Below, piece by piece: positions 48,377-57,366 of a stretch of 64,000 bases of DNA (the stretch's first letter is position 1; each line of letters opens with the position of its first letter). Both the position numbers and the translations under genes were made by a program. The notes beneath the pieces were generated by a model. It was given only the letters and a program-made list of their open reading frames with translations. It made no database searches and had not been told where the DNA came from. Origin of the DNA: Phycisphaerales bacterium (GTDB lineage: Bacteria > Planctomycetota > Phycisphaerae > UBA1845 > PWPN01); contig JAAYCU010000322.1 of NCBI GenBank assembly GCA_012729595.1, positions 5,859 through 69,858 of the forward strand. Reading direction: 5' to 3'.

Positions 48377-48646
48377 TTACTTCTTCGCTAAATCAACGTT
48401 CCACTCGCTTTGCGTATACGCCAGAAGAGTTCCGACGTGGTCCGTGCATTCCTCGGCGTATTCCTCCTCGAGTGCGTCCCAGATTTTACGCTGCCGATCC
48501 GAGTCTCGCATCTTTTGGAAGGTGTCGGAAATGACGGAACCCGAGATCTTGCCGTCCGGCAACTTCTCGAAACAAAATGAAGGACTCTTGAGCTTAAGGC
48601 GCTTCGTCAGAACGCCTTTCAGTTTGTTTTCCGTGATCTTTGCCAT
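48377..48646 (-). CDS. BolA/IbaG-like small protein (89 aa) located between groES and groEL
   Basis: [49 protein letters not shown] parallels the BolA pattern V(I/L)SDxF...RxRx(I/V)(Y/W)..L.EE....H...L..YT..EW. Compare E. coli BolA: [44 protein letters not shown]. The alignment was done by eye. Confidence 0.5.
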   Translation of the reverse strand: MAKITENKLKGVLTKRLKLKSPSFCFEKLPDGKISGSVISDTFQKMRDSDRQRKIWDALEEEYAEECTDHVGTLLAYTQSEWNVDLAKK

Positions 48647-48678
48647 CTGTACCGAATTTCAGGCCACTTGACATCAGC

Positions 48679-48975
48679 TTACTCGATGACCGCCAGAATC
48701 TCGCCTTCGTCGATGATCAGGAATTCCTCGCCGTCAACCTTGATTTCCGTGCCCGCGTAGCTGCTGAACAGTACCTCGTTACCCTTGGCCACCTGCAGTT
48801 TGCTGCGCTCACCGGAATCGAGCAGTTTGCCGTCACCTACCGCCTGCACGATGCCGCGCTTGGGTTTTTCCTTGGCCGTATCCGGTAGAACGATCCCACC
48901 GGCCGTTTTCGCCTCAGCCTCAACCCGCTTGACCAGAACCTTGTCCCCCAAAGGACGAATCTTCAACTTGGCCAT
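48679..48975 (-). CDS. groES: Co-chaperonin GroES (10 kDa)
   Basis: MAKLKIRPLGDKVLVKRVEAEAKTAGGIVLPDTAKEKPKRGIVQAVGDG. The ATG at 48975 is preceded by AGGAG plus 6 nt. The track ORF starts 2 codons earlier at a TTG (48981). Confidence 0.95.
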   Translation of the reverse strand: MAKLKIRPLGDKVLVKRVEAEAKTAGGIVLPDTAKEKPKRGIVQAVGDGKLLDSGERSKLQVAKGNEVLFSSYAGTEIKVDGEEFLIIDEGEILAVIE

Positions 48976-49030
48976 GAGCAACTCCTTTCAATTGCTGATC
49001 TTGAGAACAATAGTTATTTTCAGTTTATCG

Positions 49031-49047
49031 GGATCGCACGGCGATCC
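49031..49047. promoter_or_regulatory. Short perfect palindrome in the groES 5-prime leader (function unknown; not CIRCE)
   Basis: GGATCGC-ACG-GCGATCC (49031-49047) lies 56-72 nt upstream of the groES ATG. No TTAGCACTC-N9-GAGTGCTAA (CIRCE) match was found by eye in 48976-49230. Confidence 0.2.
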
Positions 49048-49575
49048 ACGTTCACACCCGGAAAACGGGCGCAGACCGCCACGGCCACGTTTCCGATGGG
49101 GGATGGTTAATGCAAAGCCGGTGCCACGAACAAAACGGAATGGCCGACGATTGAAATGCTAACGTAAATACCTATAATATAAAAAGATAAAGGCTTGCGT
49201 AATCCTCGAAATCAATCAATCCATCGCCTTGACTCCTGCCATAAACGGATTAAACCGATGTACGGCTGTCAGAATGGCACGCCAGGTTGATCAAGGCTTT
49301 GGCGATACGGAATCGGCTGAATCTTCGGCTCCGGCGGGAATGTACCATAGTTCGACTGCCTGGGCCGGCTTGGTGGGCGTCGGCCGCCCCAGTATACGGG
49401 CCACAAGAAAGCTTACGCGGTCGCGCGGTGGTTCGTAGCGGGCCACGCGGCGGAATTTGCTTGATTCAGCGTAAGGATTGCCGGTCAGGATGCGGTGGGC
49501 ATGACACGCAGGGCCGACCGGCCGGTGGTCCACGGGCGTGGCCAGGATAAAGGCCCCTCCGTAACCTTCCGTCCA

Positions 49576-50991
49576 TTACCGGCCGGTTATCGGGATAGGA
49601 TTGATGACTTCCAGTTCGGGGATGTCCAGATAGTGCGGCGCCAGGAACAGGCGGTTCCAGGTGATCTGGGCGGCATAAAGCTTCTGGTTCCGCAAATCGG
49701 CCTGATGGTCCGCGAGGAGTCGGTAGCCACTTTGGAAGACATCCGCATAGTACCACTTGCCGGCCAATCGATTCGGGGCCCAGAGTGATGTCACCAGGAC
49801 GATGGCCGCCGCCACCGTCGTGACCCGTCGGGTACGCGGCCCGCGTTGCCAGAGCCTCCCGACCATATCGGCGGCCAGCAGGGCCATACCCGGCAGGATC
49901 GGAAGCAAGTACCGCGATTGATGGGCCAAAGGCACATAACGGCCGAACTCCGAAGAACCGAAACTTAAATACAGCAAAATAGGCATGATCACGCATAGCA
50001 GCAGACGGAGCGCATCTTTCCTCGCCAGGAATCCATGGATTATACCCGCCAGTAAAACCGGCCCCATCAGGGCATAATCACCGCGAGGGTCCAACAGCCA
50101 GCGCAGATAATCAGTCCAATGGAGGAGCAGGCCGACAGGCGTTAGTTCCGCGAACGGCCCGCCGATGCGCTGAGCGATGGTGATGGCATGTTTATGAAAG
50201 AAGGGGTTGCCGTAGAGCACCGCCATGCCGATCATCTCGCCGGCAAGCCAAAGACCCGCCCCCAGGCCGAGAAAGACCGCCCGTTTCCAGGCCCATAGGC
50301 AGCGGGTGCGGAACAAGAACACGAAAAGCATCAGGCCGGGGACCATGGCCATGGTGCTCTCCTTGGCGTTATAACCAACGGCGATCAATAAACCGGCCGC
50401 CAGGCAGCGTAAACCGGCCCGGGGGGTATCACGTTGCAGCAAGGCCCCGGCGGCCAGGTAAACGCCGGTCCAGCCGAAGACCATGGCCAGCGGGTCAGGG
50501 ACGGCTACCGATGCATTGATAACCACGATCGGCGTCAAACCAAAAATAAACAGAGCCAAGGGAGCGATACGCGGGTTCAGATAGCGCCGAGCGAACGCCC
50601 AGATGACCGGAAACGTCATCAAGGTGGCCAGCATGGGCACGACGGCGATGGCCTGTATATGCCGCGGCCAGACGCTGACCGCCAGCAGCAAGGCGCCCCA
50701 ATGCACGAATCGGCCGATGAAGTAATGCAAATCTTCCGGAATGGGCTGCCCATCACGCAGAAAGTACACCAGACGCACATAGTTGCCGTCGTCCGAGGAA
50801 ACGAAGCCGGTGAAATAAATCACTTGCAGGGCCAGGGCCAGAATGATGGCCAGGACTTCCCAGCGCCACCGGCAGACCATAACGCCCGGTTCCGAACCCT
50901 CCTGAGATACAACCGTGTTCGTCACCATATTAACAGTTTCGTAATACACTCGTGAATTCCATCGCGGTTTACGCCGGATGCCGCCGCCCAT
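49576..50991 (-). CDS. Polytopic membrane protein, GT-C-like glycosyltransferase (ArnT/PMT_2-like architecture), 471 aa
   Basis: About 13 hydrophobic segments by eye. There is an acidic first-loop motif after TM1 (FVSSDDGNYVRL) and no soluble enzymatic motif. It is the last gene of the six-gene operon. The start is uncertain (Met at 50991, 50928 or 50880). Confidence 0.5.
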   Translation of the reverse strand: MGGGIRRKPRWNSRVYYETVNMVTNTVVSQEGSEPGVMVCRWRWEVLAIILALALQVIYFTGFVSSDDGNYVRLVYFLRDGQPIPEDLHYFIGRFVHWGALLLAVSVWPRHIQAIAVVPMLATLMTFPVIWAFARRYLNPRIAPLALFIFGLTPIVVINASVAVPDPLAMVFGWTGVYLAAGALLQRDTPRAGLRCLAAGLLIAVGYNAKESTMAMVPGLMLFVFLFRTRCLWAWKRAVFLGLGAGLWLAGEMIGMAVLYGNPFFHKHAITIAQRIGGPFAELTPVGLLLHWTDYLRWLLDPRGDYALMGPVLLAGIIHGFLARKDALRLLLCVIMPILLYLSFGSSEFGRYVPLAHQSRYLLPILPGMALLAADMVGRLWQRGPRTRRVTTVAAAIVLVTSLWAPNRLAGKWYYADVFQSGYRLLADHQADLRNQKLYAAQITWNRLFLAPHYLDIPELEVINPIPITGR

Positions 50992-51045
50992 CCGTCATAC
51001 GGTCCGGAGTGGGTACCGCCACTAAGGCCAACTCGTGGTGCGCCC

Positions 51046-52815
51046 TCATGGCGCGGTCTCTTTACAGTTTCTAACAGCTTCCTGATATCGCTCCAAAACG
51101 GTCAGAAAGTGATCCGGTGCCGGCAGCGGCAACGGCACCCGCCGGGGCCGATACCGCTCGTCATAGAGAGCGTTACACCGGGTAATTTCGTCCCGGACTT
51201 CGGGCAAAGCCAGGGACCGCCGGGCATAGATCAGGCGTACCATCTCCCCATCTCGATCGAATGTTGCCACCCGACGAAATTCCGGCAGCGTTTCGACCAG
51301 ACCGGCCTGTTCCGCTTCTACGATGAACACGTCCACCGTCGGGTGAAACTGATTGACCAGGCGCGAGGCGGCCGCGGGAGGAAGGACGTAGTCGGCCAAT
51401 ACCTTTCGGCCGAGGTAGTATTCGGCTACGGGCAACTCCATACCATCGTTGGTATGTAACGCAAGGATAATTGTCTCCTCAGGCACGTGCTCACGGACAT
51501 AAAAACCGGCGGCCTTGGCCCCACTATCGGGGCGAACGTTTCCCCAGCCTGTCGCGATACCCGTCCATGTGCGGAAAGGCGTGCCCGGCAGACAGACCCC
51601 GGCGCTGCCGAGGGCCAGTTGACCGAGACTGAGTCCGGCAGCAACAATCGCCACCCCGCGCCAAGTCCGGTTTGCCGCTCGCCACATCGCGGCCAGCAGC
51701 ACCACACCCAAAAGGGTCGAGGGGTAGATGACCTCATAGAAGTAATGCGCCGGGTAGCCAATGCGGTCCCAACGCGCCAACAAAAGAAGGGGCAGCAATC
51801 CCACGAACGCCCAGAAAGCCAACAACCCCTCGCGCCGTCTCCGGCACAGCAGGATCGCGCCGTGGAGAAGCCCGGCCGCGGCCACGAGTCCATAGATATA
51901 GCCCAACTGGCTGACCCATAGCTCGGGTAGTTGCAGGATTTGCTCGGGGTGCCAGCCGAGCGTACCCATCTCCGTTTTGCCCAGCAGCCGGCCAACCTGC
52001 CCGCCACCCGTCTGGTACCAGCTCACGGCGATCACCACCAGCGCGAACAGGCAAGGGAACACGAATCCCATCAGGAAACCAACCATTCGTTTCGCAGGGG
52101 GTCGATCCGCGGCCGTAGCTGCTGAACTCGTTATAGATTCTGGTTGCTGGCGCCTGCCACCCCAGGCCAGAAGCAGCGTAAGCGGAAGTGCCAGACTGTA
52201 GAGGCCACTCAGACAGTGCAGCGCCAGCGCGACGGCGGCCAGCAGGAGCCACCGGCGGCGAGGTTCATCGATCCAGGAAAGGGTTGCCCACAACGCAAGT
52301 GTCCCGGTCAGGAGCCAGATTGTGTTATAGCCCCACGGATAGTGTCCTCCGGCCACCAATGGCGGCAGGACCGCGCACACCGCCGCCGCCAACAACCCCT
52401 CGACCCAGGATCGCCCGAGCCGACGCATCAGAGCGATGGTGGCCGCCACCTGAACCAGTCCAAGGAGGGCCATGGGCAAACGGGCAACCGCCTCACCCAT
52501 GGGCCAACCGGCCAGGCGACAAAAGCCGGCCACGATAAGATGGATCACGGGCAAGACCGGACCGTAATCGTGAGCGAAGATCCAGCGGAACCCGAACGAG
52601 TGGCGGACCAGGTAGGCCATCGCCGCCTGGTCGGAACTCTCGAAAGTGGCGGAGATGTTCCAGAAACGCAGCCATACCGCGACCAAGCCAATGGCAACCG
52701 CAGCCAGCAGCACACGATTGCGGGTCATCGGCGGTAAGGATGGAGCGACCAACATGGGCCGCGTAATGTCCATTTCGGTACGATTCATATCTCCCCCATG
52801 GCAACCCCCCTCCAT
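51046..52815 (-). CDS. Polytopic membrane protein, GT-C-like glycosyltransferase, 589 aa with C-terminal soluble domain
   Basis: Multiple TM helices over the first roughly 400 aa. An acidic loop follows TM1 (FESSDQAAMAYL). The C-terminal roughly 170 aa are hydrophilic, as in ArnT/PMT-type enzymes. The assignment rests on architecture only. Confidence 0.5.
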   Translation of the reverse strand: MEGGCHGGDMNRTEMDITRPMLVAPSLPPMTRNRVLLAAVAIGLVAVWLRFWNISATFESSDQAAMAYLVRHSFGFRWIFAHDYGPVLPVIHLIVAGFCRLAGWPMGEAVARLPMALLGLVQVAATIALMRRLGRSWVEGLLAAAVCAVLPPLVAGGHYPWGYNTIWLLTGTLALWATLSWIDEPRRRWLLLAAVALALHCLSGLYSLALPLTLLLAWGGRRQQPESITSSAATAADRPPAKRMVGFLMGFVFPCLFALVVIAVSWYQTGGGQVGRLLGKTEMGTLGWHPEQILQLPELWVSQLGYIYGLVAAAGLLHGAILLCRRRREGLLAFWAFVGLLPLLLLARWDRIGYPAHYFYEVIYPSTLLGVVLLAAMWRAANRTWRGVAIVAAGLSLGQLALGSAGVCLPGTPFRTWTGIATGWGNVRPDSGAKAAGFYVREHVPEETIILALHTNDGMELPVAEYYLGRKVLADYVLPPAAASRLVNQFHPTVDVFIVEAEQAGLVETLPEFRRVATFDRDGEMVRLIYARRSLALPEVRDEITRCNALYDERYRPRRVPLPLPAPDHFLTVLERYQEAVRNCKETAP

Positions 52816-52851
52816 TCACCTCCCATGCACCTTGTGTGCTCGTTTTATCTT

Positions 52852-54348
52852 TCAAATCCAGCGCAACTTGCGCAGGGCGACGCCACACATACGGAGCATG
52901 ACCCACGCGTTTTTCAGCCGCTTGGTCATCTTGGTCTGCCCGGCGGTGCGCTCCTGGTAATGCACGGGCAGTTCGACGATTTTAAGGTTGTTTTTCGCGG
53001 CTCCGAAAATCCAGTCGTAATCGCCCCAGAGGTCGCGTCCGCGGAAATAATCGCGGGCGGCCAGGATCTTGGGATAATCCCGGCTCCAGACGACCTTGGT
53101 GCCGCAGAGCGTGTCACTGATCCGCTGTTCGAGGAGAAGGGTAAAGAGCCCGGCGAACATCTTGTTGCCCAGGATGTTCAGGGGGCGCATGGCCTGGTCG
53201 GCCAGCGGATAAATCAGCCGCGTACCGTTGATAAATTCGCCCCGTCCGCTGGTGATGGCCTCGAAGAAAGCGGGTAGTTCCTCCGGTACCACGGTCATGT
53301 CCGCATCAAGGATCATGAAGACCTCACCGCTCGCGGCGGCGAACCCGGCCCGGCAGGCGGCACCTTTGCCCTGGCCAGGGCCAGGAACCAGCTTAATATC
53401 CCGTTGCGGATGATCCTCGATGGCTGTCCGGACTTTGGCGGCCGTCCGATCGGTACTTTTATCGTCCACGAAGATAATTTCCGTTCCCGCACCCATTTCC
53501 GGAATACGCTCGATCAGCCCGTCAATGTTGCCTTCCTCGTTTTTACAAGGCACCACGACCGAGCAGCGATAGCTTTCGGGGGCTTCCATCGGCACGCACG
53601 GCCGGGCCACGCAATACGAAAGGAACCCCAGGGCCCGCGTACCGTACATCTTTCCGAGCACGGAATTGCACAACCAATTGAGACCCGGAATGCGAATGGG
53701 CAGGGGCATGGTACGCCCCTTACGTACCACTTCGTACCCGCTGATATGCAACAGGCCTTCCATGGCGGCCGGCGTAAGCCAGTTCGGTGTAGGGTTGTCG
53801 AGCTTGAGACCGAGTCGGGCGGCCAGCCGGCAGATCGGTTCCCAAAGATAATTATATTGCACGATGATAATGCGGGTATGGGCCGAGCAATAACGGTGCA
53901 GTTGCCGAAGAGTCGTCCCGATATCGCTCATCTCCCCGATGACGTTGACCAGGGTGATGTAATCGTAGGGGCCGTCAGGCACGTCGGCCTCGCCCAGCGA
54001 CTCGCCATAGCCGACGGCAAAGGTCAGGTTCGGATGGCGGCGTTGGGCCAGGTCGATCATTTTCCCGCTGCAATCGACCCCGACCCCCCGGCTCGGACCG
54101 AGGGCCTCGAGTAGATCGCCCGTTCCGCAACCGAGGTCAAGCACCCGCGATCCGGGCATCACGAAATGCCGGATCAGCCGGTTCAGTCGCTCGCGGAAAT
54201 AGCCAAACCGTTCATTCCAGTCGAGCTGCCGTTCGCCGAGGGCGTCGTAGAAATCGCGAACCGACCGCTGATGCTGCTCGATAAACTGCTTATATGGTCC
54301 CGACCGGGACTCCCGGGTCGGCAACGGTTCGCACGTCAGAAGACTCAT
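52852..54348 (-). CDS. Fusion protein: class I SAM-dependent methyltransferase (N-terminal) + GT2 polyprenyl-phosphate-sugar-synthase-like glycosyltransferase (C-terminal)
   Basis: MTase motif I: VLDLGCGTGD (54115-54144). GT2 opening: CSVVVPCKNEEGNIDGLIERI. DxD motif: MILDADMTVVPE (D-A-D at 53299-53307). The tail LCGTKV is typical of the Dpm1/ArnC/GtrB type. Start taken at MSLLTCEP (54348); the track ORF opens at 54396. Confidence 0.8.
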   Translation of the reverse strand: MSLLTCEPLPTRESRSGPYKQFIEQHQRSVRDFYDALGERQLDWNERFGYFRERLNRLIRHFVMPGSRVLDLGCGTGDLLEALGPSRGVGVDCSGKMIDLAQRRHPNLTFAVGYGESLGEADVPDGPYDYITLVNVIGEMSDIGTTLRQLHRYCSAHTRIIIVQYNYLWEPICRLAARLGLKLDNPTPNWLTPAAMEGLLHISGYEVVRKGRTMPLPIRIPGLNWLCNSVLGKMYGTRALGFLSYCVARPCVPMEAPESYRCSVVVPCKNEEGNIDGLIERIPEMGAGTEIIFVDDKSTDRTAAKVRTAIEDHPQRDIKLVPGPGQGKGAACRAGFAAASGEVFMILDADMTVVPEELPAFFEAITSGRGEFINGTRLIYPLADQAMRPLNILGNKMFAGLFTLLLEQRISDTLCGTKVVWSRDYPKILAARDYFRGRDLWGDYDWIFGAAKNNLKIVELPVHYQERTAGQTKMTKRLKNAWVMLRMCGVALRKLRWI

Positions 54349-55408
54349 AGGTATATTCTCCCTTGGTCGCCCACTCGGCCCGGACCATTTCTTCAAGGAT
54401 GTCGTCCAGACTGCGGGAGACGTTCCATTCGGGGTAATCGCTACGCAATTTGTTCAAATTGGTGATGTAGCAGATGTGATCGCCGACCCGATTGATCGGC
54501 TGGTATTCGGTGGTCATGCGCTTGCCGGTCATTTCCTGTAAACGCGTTACGCATTCCAGGACGGATATACTGTTGGCTCGTCCGCCACCAAGATTGTAGG
54601 CCGCTCCACATCGAGGATTTTTGATGAAAGCATGAACGGCCCGGACCACGTCGTGGGCATGGAGCTGGTCACGGACCTGCTTGCCCTTATAACCGATGAT
54701 GGTGTACTTGCCGCCACGGACGGCCACCCGGGCGAGGTAGTTCAGGAATCCGTGCAGGGGGACGCCGGCATGGCACGATCCGGTCAGACAGCCGCCGCGG
54801 AAGACCGCCGTCGGCATGTTGTAGTAACGACCGTATTCCTGGGTCATCAGGTCGCCGGCGGCCTTGCTCGCCCCAAAGATACTGTGCGTGCTCTGGTCGA
54901 TGCGGCAGGATTCGGCGACCCCGTCATAGTCCTCGGGCCGAGCATAATCGTAGCGGGTTTCCAGTTCCTTCAAGGGCAGTTCGTTGGGGGCATCCCCATA
55001 GACCTTGTTGGTGCTGATGGTGGCGAAGGGCGACTCGGGGCAGCACTGGCGGGCGGCCTCCAGCAGGTTGACCGTACCCACGGCGTTGATGTCGAAATCG
55101 TCCAGAGGCCGCTGCCGGGACAGATCGTGCGAGGGTTGGGCGGCGCAGTGAACGATCATGTCGAAACGTTCCCGGGCCAACAGCAGGCCGATGGCCCGGC
55201 GGCTGCGGATGTCCACGTTCTCATGCCGGAAGTTCTTCGTGTCCTCTTTCAGGCGGCGCAGGTTCCACGAGGTATCTCCGTCAGGGCCGAAAAGGTCACG
55301 ACGCATGTTGTTGTCCACGCCGACGACCATATAGCCCAGAGCGTCGAAGTAACGGACCGCCTCGCTGCCTACCAGACCGCTGCTGCCGGTGACTAGTACA
55401 CGTTTCAT
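54290..55408 (-). CDS. Extended SDR NDP-sugar epimerase/dehydratase-like protein (CDP-paratose/tyvelose-epimerase-like) with FxxxK in place of YxxxK
   Basis: Rossmann motif: VLVTGSSGLVGS (55367-55387). Block ISTNKVYGDAP. The expected catalytic motif reads SIFGASKAAGD (F178 = TTT at 54875-54877; K182 at 54863-54865). The ATG overlaps the upstream stop as ATGA (55405-55408). Confidence 0.8.
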   Translation of the reverse strand: MKRVLVTGSSGLVGSEAVRYFDALGYMVVGVDNNMRRDLFGPDGDTSWNLRRLKEDTKNFRHENVDIRSRRAIGLLLARERFDMIVHCAAQPSHDLSRQRPLDDFDINAVGTVNLLEAARQCCPESPFATISTNKVYGDAPNELPLKELETRYDYARPEDYDGVAESCRIDQSTHSIFGASKAAGDLMTQEYGRYYNMPTAVFRGGCLTGSCHAGVPLHGFLNYLARVAVRGGKYTIIGYKGKQVRDQLHAHDVVRAVHAFIKNPRCGAAYNLGGGRANSISVLECVTRLQEMTGKRMTTEYQPINRVGDHICYITNLNKLRSDYPEWNVSRSLDDILEEMVRAEWATKGEYTYESSDVRTVADPGVPVGTI

Positions 55409-57366
55409 GGTATTGACTCCCTGTGTTCGGAAAAGGGTTCTCGGTTTCGGTATTCTGGGCGTATTTGGTAAAGGGTCATGCCCGTCGAGTTGGTGTCGAT
55501 GGGAATGTAGAATTCGCTGATGATCGGTTCAACCTTTGTAAGGTCGTGGAGGGTCTCCGGTTCCATCACCAACAGAAAATCAGGTGGCGTGTTGGTGAGA
55601 TCCTCGACCAACCATTTCTGACAGAACGGCATCCATTGCGTATCGCGCATCGGCCACGGTAGCCCGGCCAAGGCGTTGATCCAGGCCCCCTCCGGTACGC
55701 AGGCGATGGTCCGTCCGGCCAGTTGCGTTTCATGGGCATCGATCACGTTCAGGCCGGCCTGAAACCATTGGGGAGTGAAGGGTTGTCTCCTCTGATACAC
55801 ATGCATAAGACCGTTGCGGCCGCGGAGAGTACCTGACGGCCGACTTTGCAGGTAGGCGATAGCATCGACCGCGCACAACGTAAGCCCCAACAGCAGAAAC
55901 GCTGTTGTGAAACGCGTCATCCGGCGCAAGGTCGCGCGGCTGTGCAAAAGACGAGGCAGATAAACCGACAACAAGGCGGCCAGTAGAATCGTTCCGAGCG
56001 GCTGGCGGACCAGGGCGATGCCTCCGGGGACTTCGCGACCGGCGAAAACAAGATAGACCGCCACGCAGACCGCCAGCAGACGGCCGCGGGTGCCCAGTTT
56101 TTGCCACGCCCGGCGCGGCCCGCCTTTCCATACGCTACGGAGCAGATAAATCACAAAAAGTCCCGACAGCGGAAGACACAGCACGGGCAACGCCTCGATC
56201 CATTCGCGTGGTCGAAATTGACGAAAACCGATAAGCCCGTGACGCGGCATGAGCCCGGAGCTATGAAGATAAATCTCGATCAGAAGGGTAACGGCCAGTC
56301 CGATCCATATCGCCGCAACAAGCCGCCACGTGCTGGGCCTAATCAGCGAGCCACGCCCCTTCCGTAACATCCGCATACCCAAGACCAGCGAGGCTCCGGA
56401 GATCACGGCGGCCAGAAGCCCGATCCAACTCAACATATTGAGTAGATTGAACGGCGTGCAAATGGACCAGAGGGTGTAATCTCCGGTAGTGGTATGGTAT
56501 TGGAGAAGGTTTTCCAGCCATAGATTCTCTCGGATAAGGACGGGCCAGGATACGGTTGCCACTAGGAACAAGGCCAGCAGGCCGATTGGCAGGAGGAACC
56601 CGAGGAACGCGCCGATGAAACTGATGCACCGCCGGGAAGCGTGCTCATGTCGCAAAAGCAAATCGAGCAGAAGAATTACCCAGACGACTCCCGCCGCCGC
56701 CGTGTATTCATGTTTGGTGACCGCTGCCAGAGCAAGCAAGACCGCCGAGGAGACGGACCAGACCGTCAGGTTGAAATCACTCCGGGAGTTCGCATCGTTC
56801 AGGACCGCGCGGCCTGTTCTACGGAGCGATGCCTGAATCGAAAGGGGGCGAGCGGCACAGAGTATTCCACCCACCAGAAAGACCGCTCCCCAGCCGATCG
56901 CGGCGGTATACGGGACGGCGAAGGAATAAAAGAGCGTGAAAACCCCGGACGTCATCGCCAGCAAAGCCACCGGCGGGCTAAGCAATTTCCAGGCCAACAG
57001 CCAGAGCAGAACAAGCATCCCGGCAAAACGCAGGAGGTTGACCAGCCAGAAGCCATTCTCGTAATCGCCGAGCAGGGCGGTCAGGCCGGCGTTGAGCCAA
57101 TACCCAAGCGGCCCATAAAAGCAGCGTATATCGGTGTAGAGCGCGCGACCTTCCAGAAGCATTTGCGGAACGATCATTTCACGTCCGGCATCGAGCGGAA
57201 AAGCGACCACCGTCCAACGGCCCCAGGTCAAGACCGTCATTACTCCCAAAAACAGGAATAAAACTAGGGAATACCGGGAAAACAATCCGCAGGATGCGCA
57301 GCGTATGTTTGCCCTGCCGGCGGGCACTTGTTTAAGTCGCAGCCATGAAAGCGTCTGCATATTCAT
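55405..57366 (-). CDS. Polytopic membrane protein (653 aa), possibly a third GT-C-like glycosyltransferase
   Basis: Many TM helices. An acidic loop follows TM1 (AFPLDAGREMIVPQML). The C-terminal roughly 150 aa are hydrophilic. The ATG overlaps the radical SAM stop as ATGA (57363-57366). Confidence 0.45.
   Translation of the reverse strand: MNMQTLSWLRLKQVPAGRANIRCASCGLFSRYSLVLFLFLGVMTVLTWGRWTVVAFPLDAGREMIVPQMLLEGRALYTDIRCFYGPLGYWLNAGLTALLGDYENGFWLVNLLRFAGMLVLLWLLAWKLLSPPVALLAMTSGVFTLFYSFAVPYTAAIGWGAVFLVGGILCAARPLSIQASLRRTGRAVLNDANSRSDFNLTVWSVSSAVLLALAAVTKHEYTAAAGVVWVILLLDLLLRHEHASRRCISFIGAFLGFLLPIGLLALFLVATVSWPVLIRENLWLENLLQYHTTTGDYTLWSICTPFNLLNMLSWIGLLAAVISGASLVLGMRMLRKGRGSLIRPSTWRLVAAIWIGLAVTLLIEIYLHSSGLMPRHGLIGFRQFRPREWIEALPVLCLPLSGLFVIYLLRSVWKGGPRRAWQKLGTRGRLLAVCVAVYLVFAGREVPGGIALVRQPLGTILLAALLSVYLPRLLHSRATLRRMTRFTTAFLLLGLTLCAVDAIAYLQSRPSGTLRGRNGLMHVYQRRQPFTPQWFQAGLNVIDAHETQLAGRTIACVPEGAWINALAGLPWPMRDTQWMPFCQKWLVEDLTNTPPDFLLVMEPETLHDLTKVEPIISEFYIPIDTNSTGMTLYQIRPEYRNREPFSEHRESIP

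Noticed and set aside
49090-49110. CCCCCATC on the minus strand as a sigma-32-type -10 element for groES
   Set aside because: No CTTGAA-like -35 element lies at the required 13-17 nt spacing (only CTTTGCA, about 8 nt away). The support is insufficient.
49291-49533. 80-aa minus-strand ORF (and overlapping plus-strand ORFs) in the long spacer upstream of groES
   Set aside because: No start context, motif or family was recognised. A hand count of third-position G+C (about two thirds) is not clearly coding-like. It is left as non-coding pending RNA or protein evidence.
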